From an uncultured virus (IMG/VR IMGVR_UViG_3300043567_001092) (lineage: Duplodnaviria > Heunggongvirae > Uroviricota > Caudoviricetes), in IMG/VR virus record IMGVR_UViG_3300043567_001092: 62,719 bases of DNA; one strand, 5' to 3'. The translations under genes and the position numbers were made by a program. The notes beneath the pieces were generated by a model. It was not told the origin of the DNA, ran no database searches, and was given only the letters and a program-made list of their open reading frames with translations. Positions 17,074 to 28,011 of the stretch are shown here, one piece after another (position 1 is the stretch's first letter; every line of letters begins with the position of its first letter).

Positions 17074-19295
17074 TCAGGACCCCACACCCATAGAGCATCG
17101 CTAACCTTTGTATCAGTACTAACAAGAGATTCGCCTGCGTTACCTAGACCAACATCGCCAGGATAAATAATAATAACTTCTAATTTAATACCTAAAGCCG
17201 TGATTTGTATAATTAAATCGTTGGCAAAAATTCTTCCACCACTTGTTCCTGTGATATACGGAGCATAATCTGACCCGTCCATTTCTGGCTCATAAGCAAT
17301 AATGTCAGATAGAAGCGTTATGTCTGTACCAACTTCTTGTGTATATTTAAAAGAATAAGACGAATCCATAACTAAGGTACTAACAGCAGATTCAACTAAA
17401 GGAGTTGATGTCCCAGAATTTTCATAAAAAGTACCAGATACTGGATTAGTGAAAGTATAGATATTAGCAGATGGAACTGATTCAACCGTCCAAGAATTAT
17501 TGAAATTAGTTGTGCCAGCTATTAGCACGTCTTGGCCAACAACAGCGCCATGTGAACTAGCAGTTGTAACAGTTACAGTATTTCCAACCTGAGATATAGA
17601 GCTTATTGTTACAGCAGCAACACCAGAAGCAGTTTGAGCTGCGATGTATTTAACTGGGCTCTCTTCATTGTCTTGGTTTAATGAAAACAATAAGTTACCT
17701 TGCTCATTAGGCAAAACACCTTCAATTAAAAGCGTGTTTCTTTTCTCCCCAGCTAAAACCTTTTCTCTTAACTTAACCATTGTAGACGTCAAAGTAAACT
17801 TGTTTTCAGAGTTTACAATATAAGGTCCTAGGAACGAATTTGCTGTATCGTCTGTGGCCACAACTGTTTGAATTCCAATAATCTTATCAGTTAGTTGCAT
17901 TCCATTGATAACGCCATAAGGAAGATTGTGATTAGTTTTAGTAATAATAGTTACGTAACCATTTTCTCTAGTGATCGTCTCTATGTCTATTACATTAGAA
18001 TCCCAAGTAAGTGTTCCATTAGTAGATGAAACATCGTAACCATTTGTTTGATACCTAACAGTATTATAAGAAACAACGTGAACCTTTTCTGAATCAACTG
18101 TAGCTGACCCGAAAGATCCGTTTAATTCACTATCACCATATTTTAAATGTAAGTGAGCTGCACCAATCAAGTTTCTTTCAACCACATTTGTGGTAGCCGG
18201 CATGTAAACTTTTAATAAAGAATCCTGTGGCTCCCATGCTAACGAATATCTCATCTGAGAATAAGGAGTCGCTTTCTTAGGTAAGAAAAACTTCAAATCA
18301 TCATAAGAGCTTTGCGTAAGAGTAATTGTATAAGTTTTAGACGGAGTGTTAATCGGTGCCGGCAAGTTGGGTGTGCTTGATGCTAGTGGAGAGTTGCCTT
18401 CCATAGAAAACTCAAAATACCCAGCACTATATGAAATAGTGTTAGCCGGCGGAACAACTGCCGTAATAGTGTAAGTACCAACGAAACCAGCAGTTTCAAA
18501 CTGTGGTCCATATAATAACAATGTGTCGCCAACTAATACTTTATCTAAAAGTGGGGCAGAGCCAGAAACCCAGCGGAAGCGATGAGTTGAACCGACGTTT
18601 CTAGTTATTTCCCAAACAGTGTCATTATAAGTTAAAACGGTTGCTCTCATTGTTGGAAATTCTAATTTAGATTGGATCTTGCCGCCAAGAACTTTAATAT
18701 AAGAAAAAGGACCTTTTGCCCCACCGTATATCTCAACATATTGTAATTGTGTATCTTGGTCAGTGTAAACTTGAGCAAATCCATTAGAGCCATTTTGTCT
18801 GATGAATCGTGTAATGATATCGGCCACTTCACCTGGGGTAGCATTCTGAATATTTTCAAACTCATCACCGATCAAGGTAAGAGTTAGCGCTTCACCGTTT
18901 TCTAGTTCAAATATTAAATCATCACCAGCTTCAAATGAATAAGAGCCTGGGACACCGGATGTTACATGCGCTCTGACTGCCTCATTCCCATAGAACGTGG
19001 TCAGAATATTATGGATTGATTCTATAACCTGTTTAGATTGATTAATAGATATACCCAATTGTCTGTATGCTACATCCGACATCCCAAGTTCTTGTGGTCT
19101 AACTATTCCAATTTCTGAAAACTGTTTGTCCAAGTAGATATCTTCTGCCGTTGATTTATATAATTGATTGTTTACCGAAACGGATAAATCATCTTGCTTT
19201 TGTAACTGGTCTGCAATAGCTTGCAGTAGGGCCTCTGAGTTGGGCCCTGTTATCCAATTACTTATGTATTGTCTAAGTTGAGTTAATTTATCCAT
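17070..19295 (-). CDS. Baseplate wedge-type protein with added beta-barrel modules
   Basis: Directly downstream of baseplate J. N-terminal STAEDIYLD..GIVRP..MSDVAYR wedge-type motif. Confidence 0.6.
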   Translation of the reverse strand: MDKLTQLRQYISNWITGPNSEALLQAIADQLQKQDDLSVSVNNQLYKSTAEDIYLDKQFSEIGIVRPQELGMSDVAYRQLGISINQSKQVIESIHNILTTFYGNEAVRAHVTSGVPGSYSFEAGDDLIFELENGEALTLTLIGDEFENIQNATPGEVADIITRFIRQNGSNGFAQVYTDQDTQLQYVEIYGGAKGPFSYIKVLGGKIQSKLEFPTMRATVLTYNDTVWEITRNVGSTHRFRWVSGSAPLLDKVLVGDTLLLYGPQFETAGFVGTYTITAVVPPANTISYSAGYFEFSMEGNSPLASSTPNLPAPINTPSKTYTITLTQSSYDDLKFFLPKKATPYSQMRYSLAWEPQDSLLKVYMPATTNVVERNLIGAAHLHLKYGDSELNGSFGSATVDSEKVHVVSYNTVRYQTNGYDVSSTNGTLTWDSNVIDIETITRENGYVTIITKTNHNLPYGVINGMQLTDKIIGIQTVVATDDTANSFLGPYIVNSENKFTLTSTMVKLREKVLAGEKRNTLLIEGVLPNEQGNLLFSLNQDNEESPVKYIAAQTASGVAAVTISSISQVGNTVTVTTASSHGAVVGQDVLIAGTTNFNNSWTVESVPSANIYTFTNPVSGTFYENSGTSTPLVESAVSTLVMDSSYSFKYTQEVGTDITLLSDIIAYEPEMDGSDYAPYITGTSGGRIFANDLIIQITALGIKLEVIIIYPGDVGLGNAGESLVSTDTKVSDALWVWGPE

Positions 19296-19304
19296 ATACC
19301 TAAA

Positions 19305-19312
19305 AGATTAAG
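19305..19312 (-). promoter_or_regulatory. Variant late motif CTTAATCT
   Basis: One mismatch, in the intergenic gap before 19295. Confidence 0.5.
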
Positions 19313-19313
19313 G

Positions 19314-22300
19314 TTAATTTAATGCCGAAATACTAATATCACTAGTATCTAAAACAAAAGCTCTTTCATTTGGAGCAACTGTAATTAAATCATTAGATGA
19401 ATCATAAATCGGATAAGTCACAGCAACCGAAACAACCCCTGGGATTGAACCACAAGCGGCTATCATGCTAGAAATACTTACTGACTCACCAACGTCTAAA
19501 GAATTGACATACCCAGCTACTGCAGCTTTACACCTGTCTCTGATCTCACCGAATGGAACGCCTGATTTAACTCTAACCACAAAATCAGCAGTAATTCGTC
19601 TAAGAATCGCCTCTTTAATGCCTATTGAAGTACCTGCAGCTCTAACGCCTGGGTAATTAGTTGTATCAGTTGGATCTCCGTAAATGATTCTGTTTAATTC
19701 TTGGATCAAACCTTTATAACTTTGATATCCATCAATACCGTAAGCTGCAGAAGTAGTGAAACCAAGCTTACCTTTAACAGAGATTCCAGCGCCTAATGAG
19801 TTAGATATTTTAGTGATTAAATTAGGAGAATCAACAATGATGTTATACAATTGAGAATTAGCTGGGCCCAATGCCATTATGTTTTTCCACAAAGAAGTTG
19901 GATCTTTTTCTTCTACGTTAAACTGAGAATAGTCTCCGCCTAAAGTCAAAGAAGAAACGGCGGTTGGAATTGCAGTTGTATAAAGTCTAGTCGCTGTTGG
20001 GAATGATGTAGTAGTAGAATCATCTAAAACAGTATATCTTCCAATGTTTTGCGTACCAAAGTTATCAGTAGTAATAACTACAGTGTCGCCTGGCATAACA
20101 GAATCATAAGAATAAAATTGTATGTTGTTAGCATTTCCTAAAAAGAAAGTCTCTTCAACTGCATTTGAATGTTTAATCCAGAATGAGTTACCAAATGTTC
20201 TAACAACTTGGAATATACCTTGGTTAGCTTGGTTGAATTCTCTACGTTCCCAACTGTTTGGATTGATATCAGGTTGTTGTCCGTTGTTAGCCAATATAGC
20301 ATAATAACGAATTCCTAAATAGTTTACATAACTTCCGATTGGATAGAAAGTAGACACAGACCAATCAGTTGCTTGGATGTTTTTAAATCTTACCCAGTCG
20401 CCCTCAGTGATTCCGCCAGCAGTTATGTTGAACAAGCCGTCAACAGGGATAATCGCTAAGAAATCCCCATGCTTTTCAGTTTTAAGCAAAGTAAGGTCAG
20501 TTGCCGCAACAGTTTTAGGAGTTTGGAATATACCAGAACCAGCAGTTATCTCAACGCCATTAGTGTATAATTTAATAGTGGTAGTATTATCGAAGTTTAA
20601 TACTTTGTTTTGTCTAACGGTATTATATACGTTAATCCATTGGTTAGGCAATAAACCTTGGCGAGTTTCGTATGGAACTTTGAGTAAACCAAGTTTATAG
20701 TTAAGTTCAGTCGCGCCTGATTGTACGGCTAAGTCAGTTGAGTTAGCAGTTCCGCCAGTAATTTGAACAGACCCATTGCCACCAAACGTTTTAGTTGAAA
20801 GCTGCATATCTCTGCCATATCTTGATTGAGCAATGTTACCGGTATTAGAAAATCCAGTAACTATTAGCTTGTTCCAGAATCTATTTAAATGGTCATTAGT
20901 AACAGCGACTAACTTGAGGTTTTCGCCTATTTCAGGTGCATATGACCAAGATTTTTTCATAGCAAACATTGGGATTGCTGGACCTGAGCTTAAGTTACTG
21001 ATTAGTACGCTGTTTTCGCCATCAACCATAGTTCTAAGTGGTAAAGACCCAGTAGCAGTAACAGTAACCGCATGAGACGAAGTGGCCACAGATACGATAG
21101 GTAAGCATATTTCAGCAAAGTATCTACCAGTTGAAACATCATAAAAAGAATCTAAAACTACATAAGTACTAGCTAAAATAGCAACGTCATTTGGCTCACC
21201 GATTGTGCCAGATAGTTTAATGAAAGATCCAGCCAATATCTCACTAGTAGATTTTAAATAAGCTTTTCTAGAGTTAGCGTAGAAGTTCATTCCGTCAACA
21301 CTAATGTTGATATAGTTACTTGCAAGACCAAGATCTTGTGTAGATATACTAATAACAGCAGATGAATTGCCAATAGAGGTTGCAACTAACTTATCAGAAA
21401 GATTGCTAGAAATGTAATCTACTACTTCTTGAGCTGTGGTTGTTACGCTAAAGAATTGTAAGTTATTGCCAGCATTTCCGCCTAAAGATCTAGCCATTGA
21501 AGCAGTCGCACTTTGGAAGTAAATGTTTCCAGAACTAATTGGAGAGCTAGCTCCAGCAACTGAGTATTCAATTTGAGTAGGAGTTGGTATACCACTAATT
21601 GTAAATAAACCGTCATAACTTCCACCAGCGCCAGTAACTAAGATTAGATTACCTGCAGTAAAGCCATGTGGTGTACTTGTATTTAACGTAACAGTTCCAG
21701 CAATATGTGTGCCATATTGTATAGGGCTGCTAGGAACTGCAGTTGGAGTATTAATAGTAAAAGTGTTTGAACTTAAAACAGTAACAATACTAGTTTCATT
21801 AAATGGATACGTTGAACCATAACTTGCGTCAGTGTTCCAAATACCAATTCTTTGGCCAGTTGTTAAGTTGTGGCTAGCTGAAGTCGTGCAAAGAGTTGTT
21901 GCCCCAGTATTTAAGAAACCCAATAAAGGAGTATCGTCATTTTCGTAAGCGCCAGTTGGCATTTGAACTGTAAAAGAAGTAGCCGTTACGTTTGAGATTC
22001 TACCAGTTATACCTTTGTTTACAGACAAGAAATCTGAATTAGCAGAGATTGTAACGATGTCGCCCAAAAGAACGCTTGAGCCAGTAACGCTGAAATCTGG
22101 TTGAGTTCCAGATCTATAAGTAAATGTAATTGAGTCTTTTCCACCAGTAGTTGTTTTACTTACGCTGAATGAAGTAGTATAATCCCAATTAGGAGTTCTG
22201 ATGTCACCCACAGGTAGAGTAATTTTGATGTCAGATAATTCTGATGTATCAAAGCTGTGGCTTAGTTCAGTTTGAGAAGATCCGTCTGGGTAGACGAAAC

Positions 22301-25300
22301 CAACTCTTACTTTATTTCCTTGGGGTCCATAATCAATGTTTTTAATTGAAATAGAATAAGTTCCATTAGTTAGAACTGTTCTAGCTTGTCTGTGTACTTT
22401 GAAGTTACTGAAATCAAAATCATAGAATGAAGCTGGGTCATTCATAGCTAAAGAAGACTCAGCATCGCTTGCAGAGAAGTCTGCAGTTGATGGAGTTGAA
22501 TGATTTGAAACTGTCAATAATCTTGACACAGGTAATGCATAAGTCTTTGTAGACAGGTCACTATCAACGATAACGCCAACAGTATCTTTTGAATCAAACA
22601 TGTAAGGTTTTCTCAAAAAGAATCTATCGTCTTGCTGCATTAAAGATTCGCCAGATCTCATGTATTGCGGTACTTTAAAACTAGCTAAGCCGCCAACATA
22701 ATTAGTCATGAATGATCTTCTTGATTTGTTAGAATCAATTATATCAGATGGAGAAGATATGTTACCGTTTTTATTTAGTATCTCAATGAAGTCGCCGTCA
22801 AAAGATTTAACTACATTAGGGTCTGGAAATGCAAAAGTGCTATCAGATAGTGCAGAGCCTAAAGTTCCGTAAGTAAATGAAGGTACGTTAACTTCGCCAT
22901 CAGTTGTAGCTACGAATCCGAAATGTGATTGACTATTAGCCATAGCTAGATCTTTAGTTAAACCCAAAGCTCCACCGTTAGCATCTGCAGCAACTAAGTA
23001 TAATTCACCGTCATTAGCTAGCGTTTTAGTTGATAGTCTAACGCGAGTTCCGATTACGTCTGTTTGAACGCCAACTAATTGATTAGATACTTCTGTCAAG
23101 AAATTAGACAAACTACCAGCAGTGAAGTTAAGCTCTTGCACCGGTGCGTCAGATCTTACTATCAATATTCTATCGCTAGATACAGTAGTAAAGCCTGGAG
23201 TTCTAACAGTTGTGCCGTCGTCTACAGTTATTGAACCTGTAGCAGTTGATTCAATTCTCCAAAAACCTTGGTTGTTTATTAATGCTGATGGGTCTGTATC
23301 GTTTGCCCATACAACTAACCAATCGCCTTTTTTAGCTAATTCAAATCCTTCAGGTACGGCAGAAGGGGATTGGCCATCAATTGTTAGTTTAGTTCCAGTT
23401 TTAGAGAAAGTAATCAAAGTATCAGTTTTGAGTCCATTTACTATAGATTCAACCGAACCGTCAGCTATTAACCAAAGTTTACCTGCAGCCGCTGGTCCAG
23501 TATATAATTGAGAAGTAATTAAATTCCCACGGGTATATTGAGATCCAACTGTGACTTTATCGCCAGCAACTAAAGTAGTAGTTAAAGATAGTTGACCAGT
23601 TTGTTTGTTTAAAGTATAATCAGATGATTTACCTGTTTTAGATAAAGTGGCAGAAGTAGAGAATAATTTCCCTATGATAGTTCCGCCAGTAATAGCAATT
23701 GACGCAGAGTTAGAAAATCCACGAGCTGATTTGAATACAAGCACATCGCCAACAACAGATGTTAAAACGCCAGGCATTAAGTTATTACATACTTGAGCCC
23801 ACACGTCAATAGAAGTGCTTGATGAAACTGTTTGAGAGATGTCGATTGCTTGGAATGCCTCAAGTGTAAACGTAGTAGTCACTGCAGGTGTACCGTCAAC
23901 TTGGTAAGTTAATGTATCTCCAGCAGTAATTGATGGTTGCCATAAGCTTTTTGATAAACTAGAAACCTCAGCTTCGTATCCATCTTGATATAAAGGCAAG
24001 TCGTTTTTGTATAGTCTTAGTGTAGTTGTTTCATTTAAAGGGAATTGTAGAATATCATTAGCATTCTCACCAGAGATCGGTGTTTTGATCTTGATATTAT
24101 TAGAGAAACGATCTTTGGGGTAAATAACTACATTAGCTCCACCACCAAAAGTTGAGCATAAGAAATTAAGGTTGTAATTACCGTTGATAGATGCAGCAAT
24201 CTCTGCCGCTGTACCAGAACTAAGTACTTTGAAATCAGTAGCTTTAAATTGGTGTTGAGTTTCAACGCCATCAATCTCTACTGCTAGAAATGATAAGTCA
24301 TTTACGTAAAATGGTGAGATCGCAGCACTTTTTAATCTAGCTTGAGCAATTGGCTTTTGTCTTAGTTGGAGTTCTTTCTCTCCACCCACAGCTTGATCTA
24401 CTACAGTTTCAAATGGTGAACCAACAAAGTTTGGCTCATATCCGCTACCATCATCAAATACTAATTCGCTTGAGTTATCTGGGTATCTAACTATAGATGA
24501 AGATTTAACTTTCTTAAGTTCGTCTTTAGCTGTAACGCCGATTGACGCGTACTGAATAGCTACTTCGATACCCTTAGCTTTAGCCTGCTCATACTTTTTA
24601 ATTCTATCTCTGATAACATCGTCATAGTCTGCATCAGATCCATTTGAAAAAGCTGAATCATTATAAGATACTGCATTAAAAGATAAGCCGAGAACTTCTT
24701 TAAGCGCACCGCGAGCAATGTTACCCAAAGTGCCAGGACTTGAACACTTGACTGGAACGTTTGAGATGGATGTTTCACCGTCTAAAATAGTTGCAGCAGA
24801 AGTCGTAATAAAGCCGACCGCAGATACAGATGCACCTTGTGCTGTTTGTAAAGTTGTGTTAGCTTGAATGTATCTATTTCCACCTTGAGCAAAAACTATT
24901 GATTCACCGATATTGTGATATCTAGTAGTCGGTGAAGTTCCAGCCAAAGTAATTGACCAATAAGCTCCACCAGCTTCTGGAGTTACAGCAGTGTAAGTCA
25001 ATGGGCCTTCTACATTATTAGTTTGTCTTCCAATATAGATTTGTCCACCAGTTGAAGAGAACTTAGATGCGTCAGCAACATATATCTTAACTGAACCAGC
25101 AACAGGAGCTGGTTGGCCAGGGTAGATAGAAGTAGAGATTTTAGTAAAGGTTGTATCAGTAATAGTGACGCGACCAGTTGCCGGCATAGCAGAAAGTATT
25201 GGTACGTTTCTATCTAAGGCCAATCTTTGCAAGCTTTCGCCTGTGGCTCTATCAACTGAATTAGAGTCGATCATTGTGATAATATCAGCACTAGATTTAA

Positions 25301-25445
25301 ATAAATTTTGTGCAATAGCTTCAATAAATTGCATCAAAACAGAATTATCTGTGATGTCAATGTCTTTACGAACTCTAGCTCTAACAGAATCTAGAATTTC
25401 ACCAGCAATTTGCTCTTTCGACCTTAATTCAGGAAGTTTTGGCAT
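19314..25445 (-). CDS. Baseplate J-like protein, greatly enlarged (2043 aa)
   Basis: N-terminal DRATGESLQRLA..PATGRVT..GTLGNI..GSDADYDDVIRDRI and C-terminal YVNSLDVGESV..IPGVVSV are baseplate J/gp47 hallmarks. Confidence 0.8.
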   Translation of the reverse strand: MPKLPELRSKEQIAGEILDSVRARVRKDIDITDNSVLMQFIEAIAQNLFKSSADIITMIDSNSVDRATGESLQRLALDRNVPILSAMPATGRVTITDTTFTKISTSIYPGQPAPVAGSVKIYVADASKFSSTGGQIYIGRQTNNVEGPLTYTAVTPEAGGAYWSITLAGTSPTTRYHNIGESIVFAQGGNRYIQANTTLQTAQGASVSAVGFITTSAATILDGETSISNVPVKCSSPGTLGNIARGALKEVLGLSFNAVSYNDSAFSNGSDADYDDVIRDRIKKYEQAKAKGIEVAIQYASIGVTAKDELKKVKSSSIVRYPDNSSELVFDDGSGYEPNFVGSPFETVVDQAVGGEKELQLRQKPIAQARLKSAAISPFYVNDLSFLAVEIDGVETQHQFKATDFKVLSSGTAAEIAASINGNYNLNFLCSTFGGGANVVIYPKDRFSNNIKIKTPISGENANDILQFPLNETTTLRLYKNDLPLYQDGYEAEVSSLSKSLWQPSITAGDTLTYQVDGTPAVTTTFTLEAFQAIDISQTVSSSTSIDVWAQVCNNLMPGVLTSVVGDVLVFKSARGFSNSASIAITGGTIIGKLFSTSATLSKTGKSSDYTLNKQTGQLSLTTTLVAGDKVTVGSQYTRGNLITSQLYTGPAAAGKLWLIADGSVESIVNGLKTDTLITFSKTGTKLTIDGQSPSAVPEGFELAKKGDWLVVWANDTDPSALINNQGFWRIESTATGSITVDDGTTVRTPGFTTVSSDRILIVRSDAPVQELNFTAGSLSNFLTEVSNQLVGVQTDVIGTRVRLSTKTLANDGELYLVAADANGGALGLTKDLAMANSQSHFGFVATTDGEVNVPSFTYGTLGSALSDSTFAFPDPNVVKSFDGDFIEILNKNGNISSPSDIIDSNKSRRSFMTNYVGGLASFKVPQYMRSGESLMQQDDRFFLRKPYMFDSKDTVGVIVDSDLSTKTYALPVSRLLTVSNHSTPSTADFSASDAESSLAMNDPASFYDFDFSNFKVHRQARTVLTNGTYSISIKNIDYGPQGNKVRVGFVYPDGSSQTELSHSFDTSELSDIKITLPVGDIRTPNWDYTTSFSVSKTTTGGKDSITFTYRSGTQPDFSVTGSSVLLGDIVTISANSDFLSVNKGITGRISNVTATSFTVQMPTGAYENDDTPLLGFLNTGATTLCTTSASHNLTTGQRIGIWNTDASYGSTYPFNETSIVTVLSSNTFTINTPTAVPSSPIQYGTHIAGTVTLNTSTPHGFTAGNLILVTGAGGSYDGLFTISGIPTPTQIEYSVAGASSPISSGNIYFQSATASMARSLGGNAGNNLQFFSVTTTAQEVVDYISSNLSDKLVATSIGNSSAVISISTQDLGLASNYINISVDGMNFYANSRKAYLKSTSEILAGSFIKLSGTIGEPNDVAILASTYVVLDSFYDVSTGRYFAEICLPIVSVATSSHAVTVTATGSLPLRTMVDGENSVLISNLSSGPAIPMFAMKKSWSYAPEIGENLKLVAVTNDHLNRFWNKLIVTGFSNTGNIAQSRYGRDMQLSTKTFGGNGSVQITGGTANSTDLAVQSGATELNYKLGLLKVPYETRQGLLPNQWINVYNTVRQNKVLNFDNTTTIKLYTNGVEITAGSGIFQTPKTVAATDLTLLKTEKHGDFLAIIPVDGLFNITAGGITEGDWVRFKNIQATDWSVSTFYPIGSYVNYLGIRYYAILANNGQQPDINPNSWERREFNQANQGIFQVVRTFGNSFWIKHSNAVEETFFLGNANNIQFYSYDSVMPGDTVVITTDNFGTQNIGRYTVLDDSTTTSFPTATRLYTTAIPTAVSSLTLGGDYSQFNVEEKDPTSLWKNIMALGPANSQLYNIIVDSPNLITKISNSLGAGISVKGKLGFTTSAAYGIDGYQSYKGLIQELNRIIYGDPTDTTNYPGVRAAGTSIGIKEAILRRITADFVVRVKSGVPFGEIRDRCKAAVAGYVNSLDVGESVSISSMIAACGSIPGVVSVAVTYPIYDSSNDLITVAPNERAFVLDTSDISISALN

Positions 25446-25474
25446 GATAACCTCTAATTGTCTTTATAGATGTA

Positions 25475-25482
25475 AGATTAGG
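25475..25482 (-). promoter_or_regulatory. Putative late promoter motif CCTAATCT
   Basis: Intergenic, about 30 bp upstream of baseplate J. Confidence 0.7.
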
Positions 25483-28011
25483 TTATCTAGGAATTTCTGC
25501 GCCTATAGGAAGCGATATGCTAGTATCAGAGATTTCTACCAATAATTTAATATCAATAGAGGTTCCTTTAAGCTGGACCTCTCCGCCAGAAACACCTGCA
25601 AATCTTGGATCATTGGCAAATGACTGCTCTAACGATCTCATAACCTCTTTAACATCTATTTCAGAGTTTGGCTGACCAACTTGTACCGGATTACCAAACC
25701 CTGGATCTTGTAGTAAAGTATTTGTATTCGTTTTAATTTTCATCAATGCTGCTTGGATTAAATTGGTCATACCGTAAGCAAGTTTAACGTCACCTGCACT
25801 AGAGAATACCATATCACCATTTTGATCTAGTAAAAAGTCAACCTTAGCCATTCTAGCAATACCAGTTAAATCAGACACTTCTGGGCTTGTTTTAAGCATT
25901 GAAGTGAAGTTAGGTGGAATTAGAGATGGGATAGCTATAAGCATACTTGAATTAATAGTATCCGGAGCGTAGACTTTTATCTTAGCATTTTGTGATACTT
26001 TATATATACTTAGTAGTGTTTGGCCCGGCTCAAATGTCAAAAGAGTAGATATAGCATTAACTACGTCTATTGATTTAATTTTTCTCACCGTCGCTCTTTC
26101 GTTATCAGAAGAGATTTCAACAGTTTGCCCTACATAGAATCCAAACGGAGAAGCTACTGATAATGTGTCTCCACCAACTGAAGAAGTTACAGTTACATAC
26201 GTACCTTCTTCATCTACATAAGGAGCCTTTAAAGCATTTAATGCAGCTAGTTCAACCCAACGCTCAGATGAACCAAGATACTTCATTGCGACTTGCTCTA
26301 ATGTTCCGTTTAATGGAAAAGGAACTAGGAATCTTGATTGACTGTTTTGTTCAAATCTAATGCCACTTGAAACAGCATAGTCAGAATAGAATTTAAAGTA
26401 ATCATCTTGAGTTGTTTCAGTGTCATCCATTACAGCTATGATGGAGTCCATTGCACTTATTGCATTATTTAATTCATTCAATAAGTTAATATCATCAGTT
26501 GTCAACTTTTTATACGTTTTAGTAACAGAGCCATATCCTTTAGATAAGTTATAACTAGATGAACCGCCACCGAATGATTCAGAGATAGATCTAGAAAAAT
26601 CTTCTACCATTTTACGCTTAGCGATCATATCAGCAGATGTTAAAGAATCAATTGATGCATCTATTAAATCTAATGCCTCTTGTTCGTTTGGTGATAGAGT
26701 CAATGATTCCATTGGAATTTTATCTAATATCTCTGGGTGCTTAACAGCATTATCTAAGAACGCATCAAATGGGTCTGAACTATCGCCCGGTTTTGTGTAG
26801 TCATCCGGTTGGCCATCGTTTAACTTACTGTTAGTTGTAGCAGTAGTTATGTCATTAGATGCTGACGTTCTATCAATAGTTATAATAACGTCTTGATTAA
26901 CAGACCAAGAATTGCTGAAATATTGTCTTAGTGGCTCTCTTAAATCTTGTTTAATAAAAGTAGAATTCCAAACGTAATCGCCAACTGTTTTAGTTGCAGA
27001 TCCAAGTTCCCTAGCAAATGCAGTAGCTTGACCCATTGGAGTTACTAAAGAATCATGTATGTCAGATCTAATACCAGATAATACCCCATGCACTCCAGCC
27101 ACAGTATCTCTAGCTCTTCTTAAAGCTACAAGGGCTGCTGACATTTTGTTAGTTACTGGTTTTGATGGAGCTTTTGGTATAGATACTTTGCCAATAGATT
27201 TGACATTTGGGTACCTTTTATAAGCTATTAGATTAATGTTGTAGCTATACTCATTAGTTCCAGCACTTTTATTAATAGAATAACTATTTAATGAACAAGC
27301 GTAATACTCATTGTCTTTGTTCATTAAAAACACTAGTCTCCAACCTTTATTGGCAGCTAATTTTTTGCCGGCCAAATAATAATCAAAGAATCTGGTCATA
27401 TCGTGGATAGTTTGGTATCCAGTTAATAGGCCAGCATCACTTGAATAATTAAGTGGGGCATTGAATGCAGCATCAGCACCAAAAGCAACCTTAACAGCAT
27501 TAAGAGCTGCGTTTGCTTGGTTTTGAAGATTGTCAATAGATTTGATAGTATTTTTAAATGCAAACTTAAGAATATCACTAGTTCCGGCATTATTAGCAGC
27601 AGAATTTGGAGCAGTTGGGTGTATAGTCCCAGATGTCCCAGCTATAGATATTTGTCTGAAAGGAGCACCGTTTGCTGTGCTGTATATTCCCTTCATTGTT
27701 GCTTCTAATGTCTCAGTTGAAGGTACGCTCTTTTGAATAGCTTGTGGTGGAATTGGAAAAGTATATACAGCTATAACACCTTTAGACTTATCAACTATTT
27801 GGAATTCATAAGAAAGAGACTTATTGAAGTTAGTATTGTTAAGTTTAGAGAATCGGAAGAATGTATCAGACGACATAACAGTAGATGAATCTACCGTAGA
27901 CAATCCACTAATTGCACTATTTGGTTTTTTACCCTGCAAAGACGCAGCAGTACTGCTAAGTGTTTTCTTAGCTAAATCCCCAGCTTTGCCTAATAAGTTA
28001 TTGGTACTCAA
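25483..28011 (-). CDS. Baseplate protein with LysM-like and C-terminal gp25-like domains
   Basis: GTLEQVAMKYLGSSERWVELAALN (LysM-like), NLIQA..PGFG..NDPRF (gp25-like). Probable TTG start at 28011 overlaps the upstream TGA, with a GGGAG RBS. Confidence 0.65.
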   Translation of the reverse strand: MSTNNLLGKAGDLAKKTLSSTAASLQGKKPNSAISGLSTVDSSTVMSSDTFFRFSKLNNTNFNKSLSYEFQIVDKSKGVIAVYTFPIPPQAIQKSVPSTETLEATMKGIYSTANGAPFRQISIAGTSGTIHPTAPNSAANNAGTSDILKFAFKNTIKSIDNLQNQANAALNAVKVAFGADAAFNAPLNYSSDAGLLTGYQTIHDMTRFFDYYLAGKKLAANKGWRLVFLMNKDNEYYACSLNSYSINKSAGTNEYSYNINLIAYKRYPNVKSIGKVSIPKAPSKPVTNKMSAALVALRRARDTVAGVHGVLSGIRSDIHDSLVTPMGQATAFARELGSATKTVGDYVWNSTFIKQDLREPLRQYFSNSWSVNQDVIITIDRTSASNDITTATTNSKLNDGQPDDYTKPGDSSDPFDAFLDNAVKHPEILDKIPMESLTLSPNEQEALDLIDASIDSLTSADMIAKRKMVEDFSRSISESFGGGSSSYNLSKGYGSVTKTYKKLTTDDINLLNELNNAISAMDSIIAVMDDTETTQDDYFKFYSDYAVSSGIRFEQNSQSRFLVPFPLNGTLEQVAMKYLGSSERWVELAALNALKAPYVDEEGTYVTVTSSVGGDTLSVASPFGFYVGQTVEISSDNERATVRKIKSIDVVNAISTLLTFEPGQTLLSIYKVSQNAKIKVYAPDTINSSMLIAIPSLIPPNFTSMLKTSPEVSDLTGIARMAKVDFLLDQNGDMVFSSAGDVKLAYGMTNLIQAALMKIKTNTNTLLQDPGFGNPVQVGQPNSEIDVKEVMRSLEQSFANDPRFAGVSGGEVQLKGTSIDIKLLVEISDTSISLPIGAEIPR

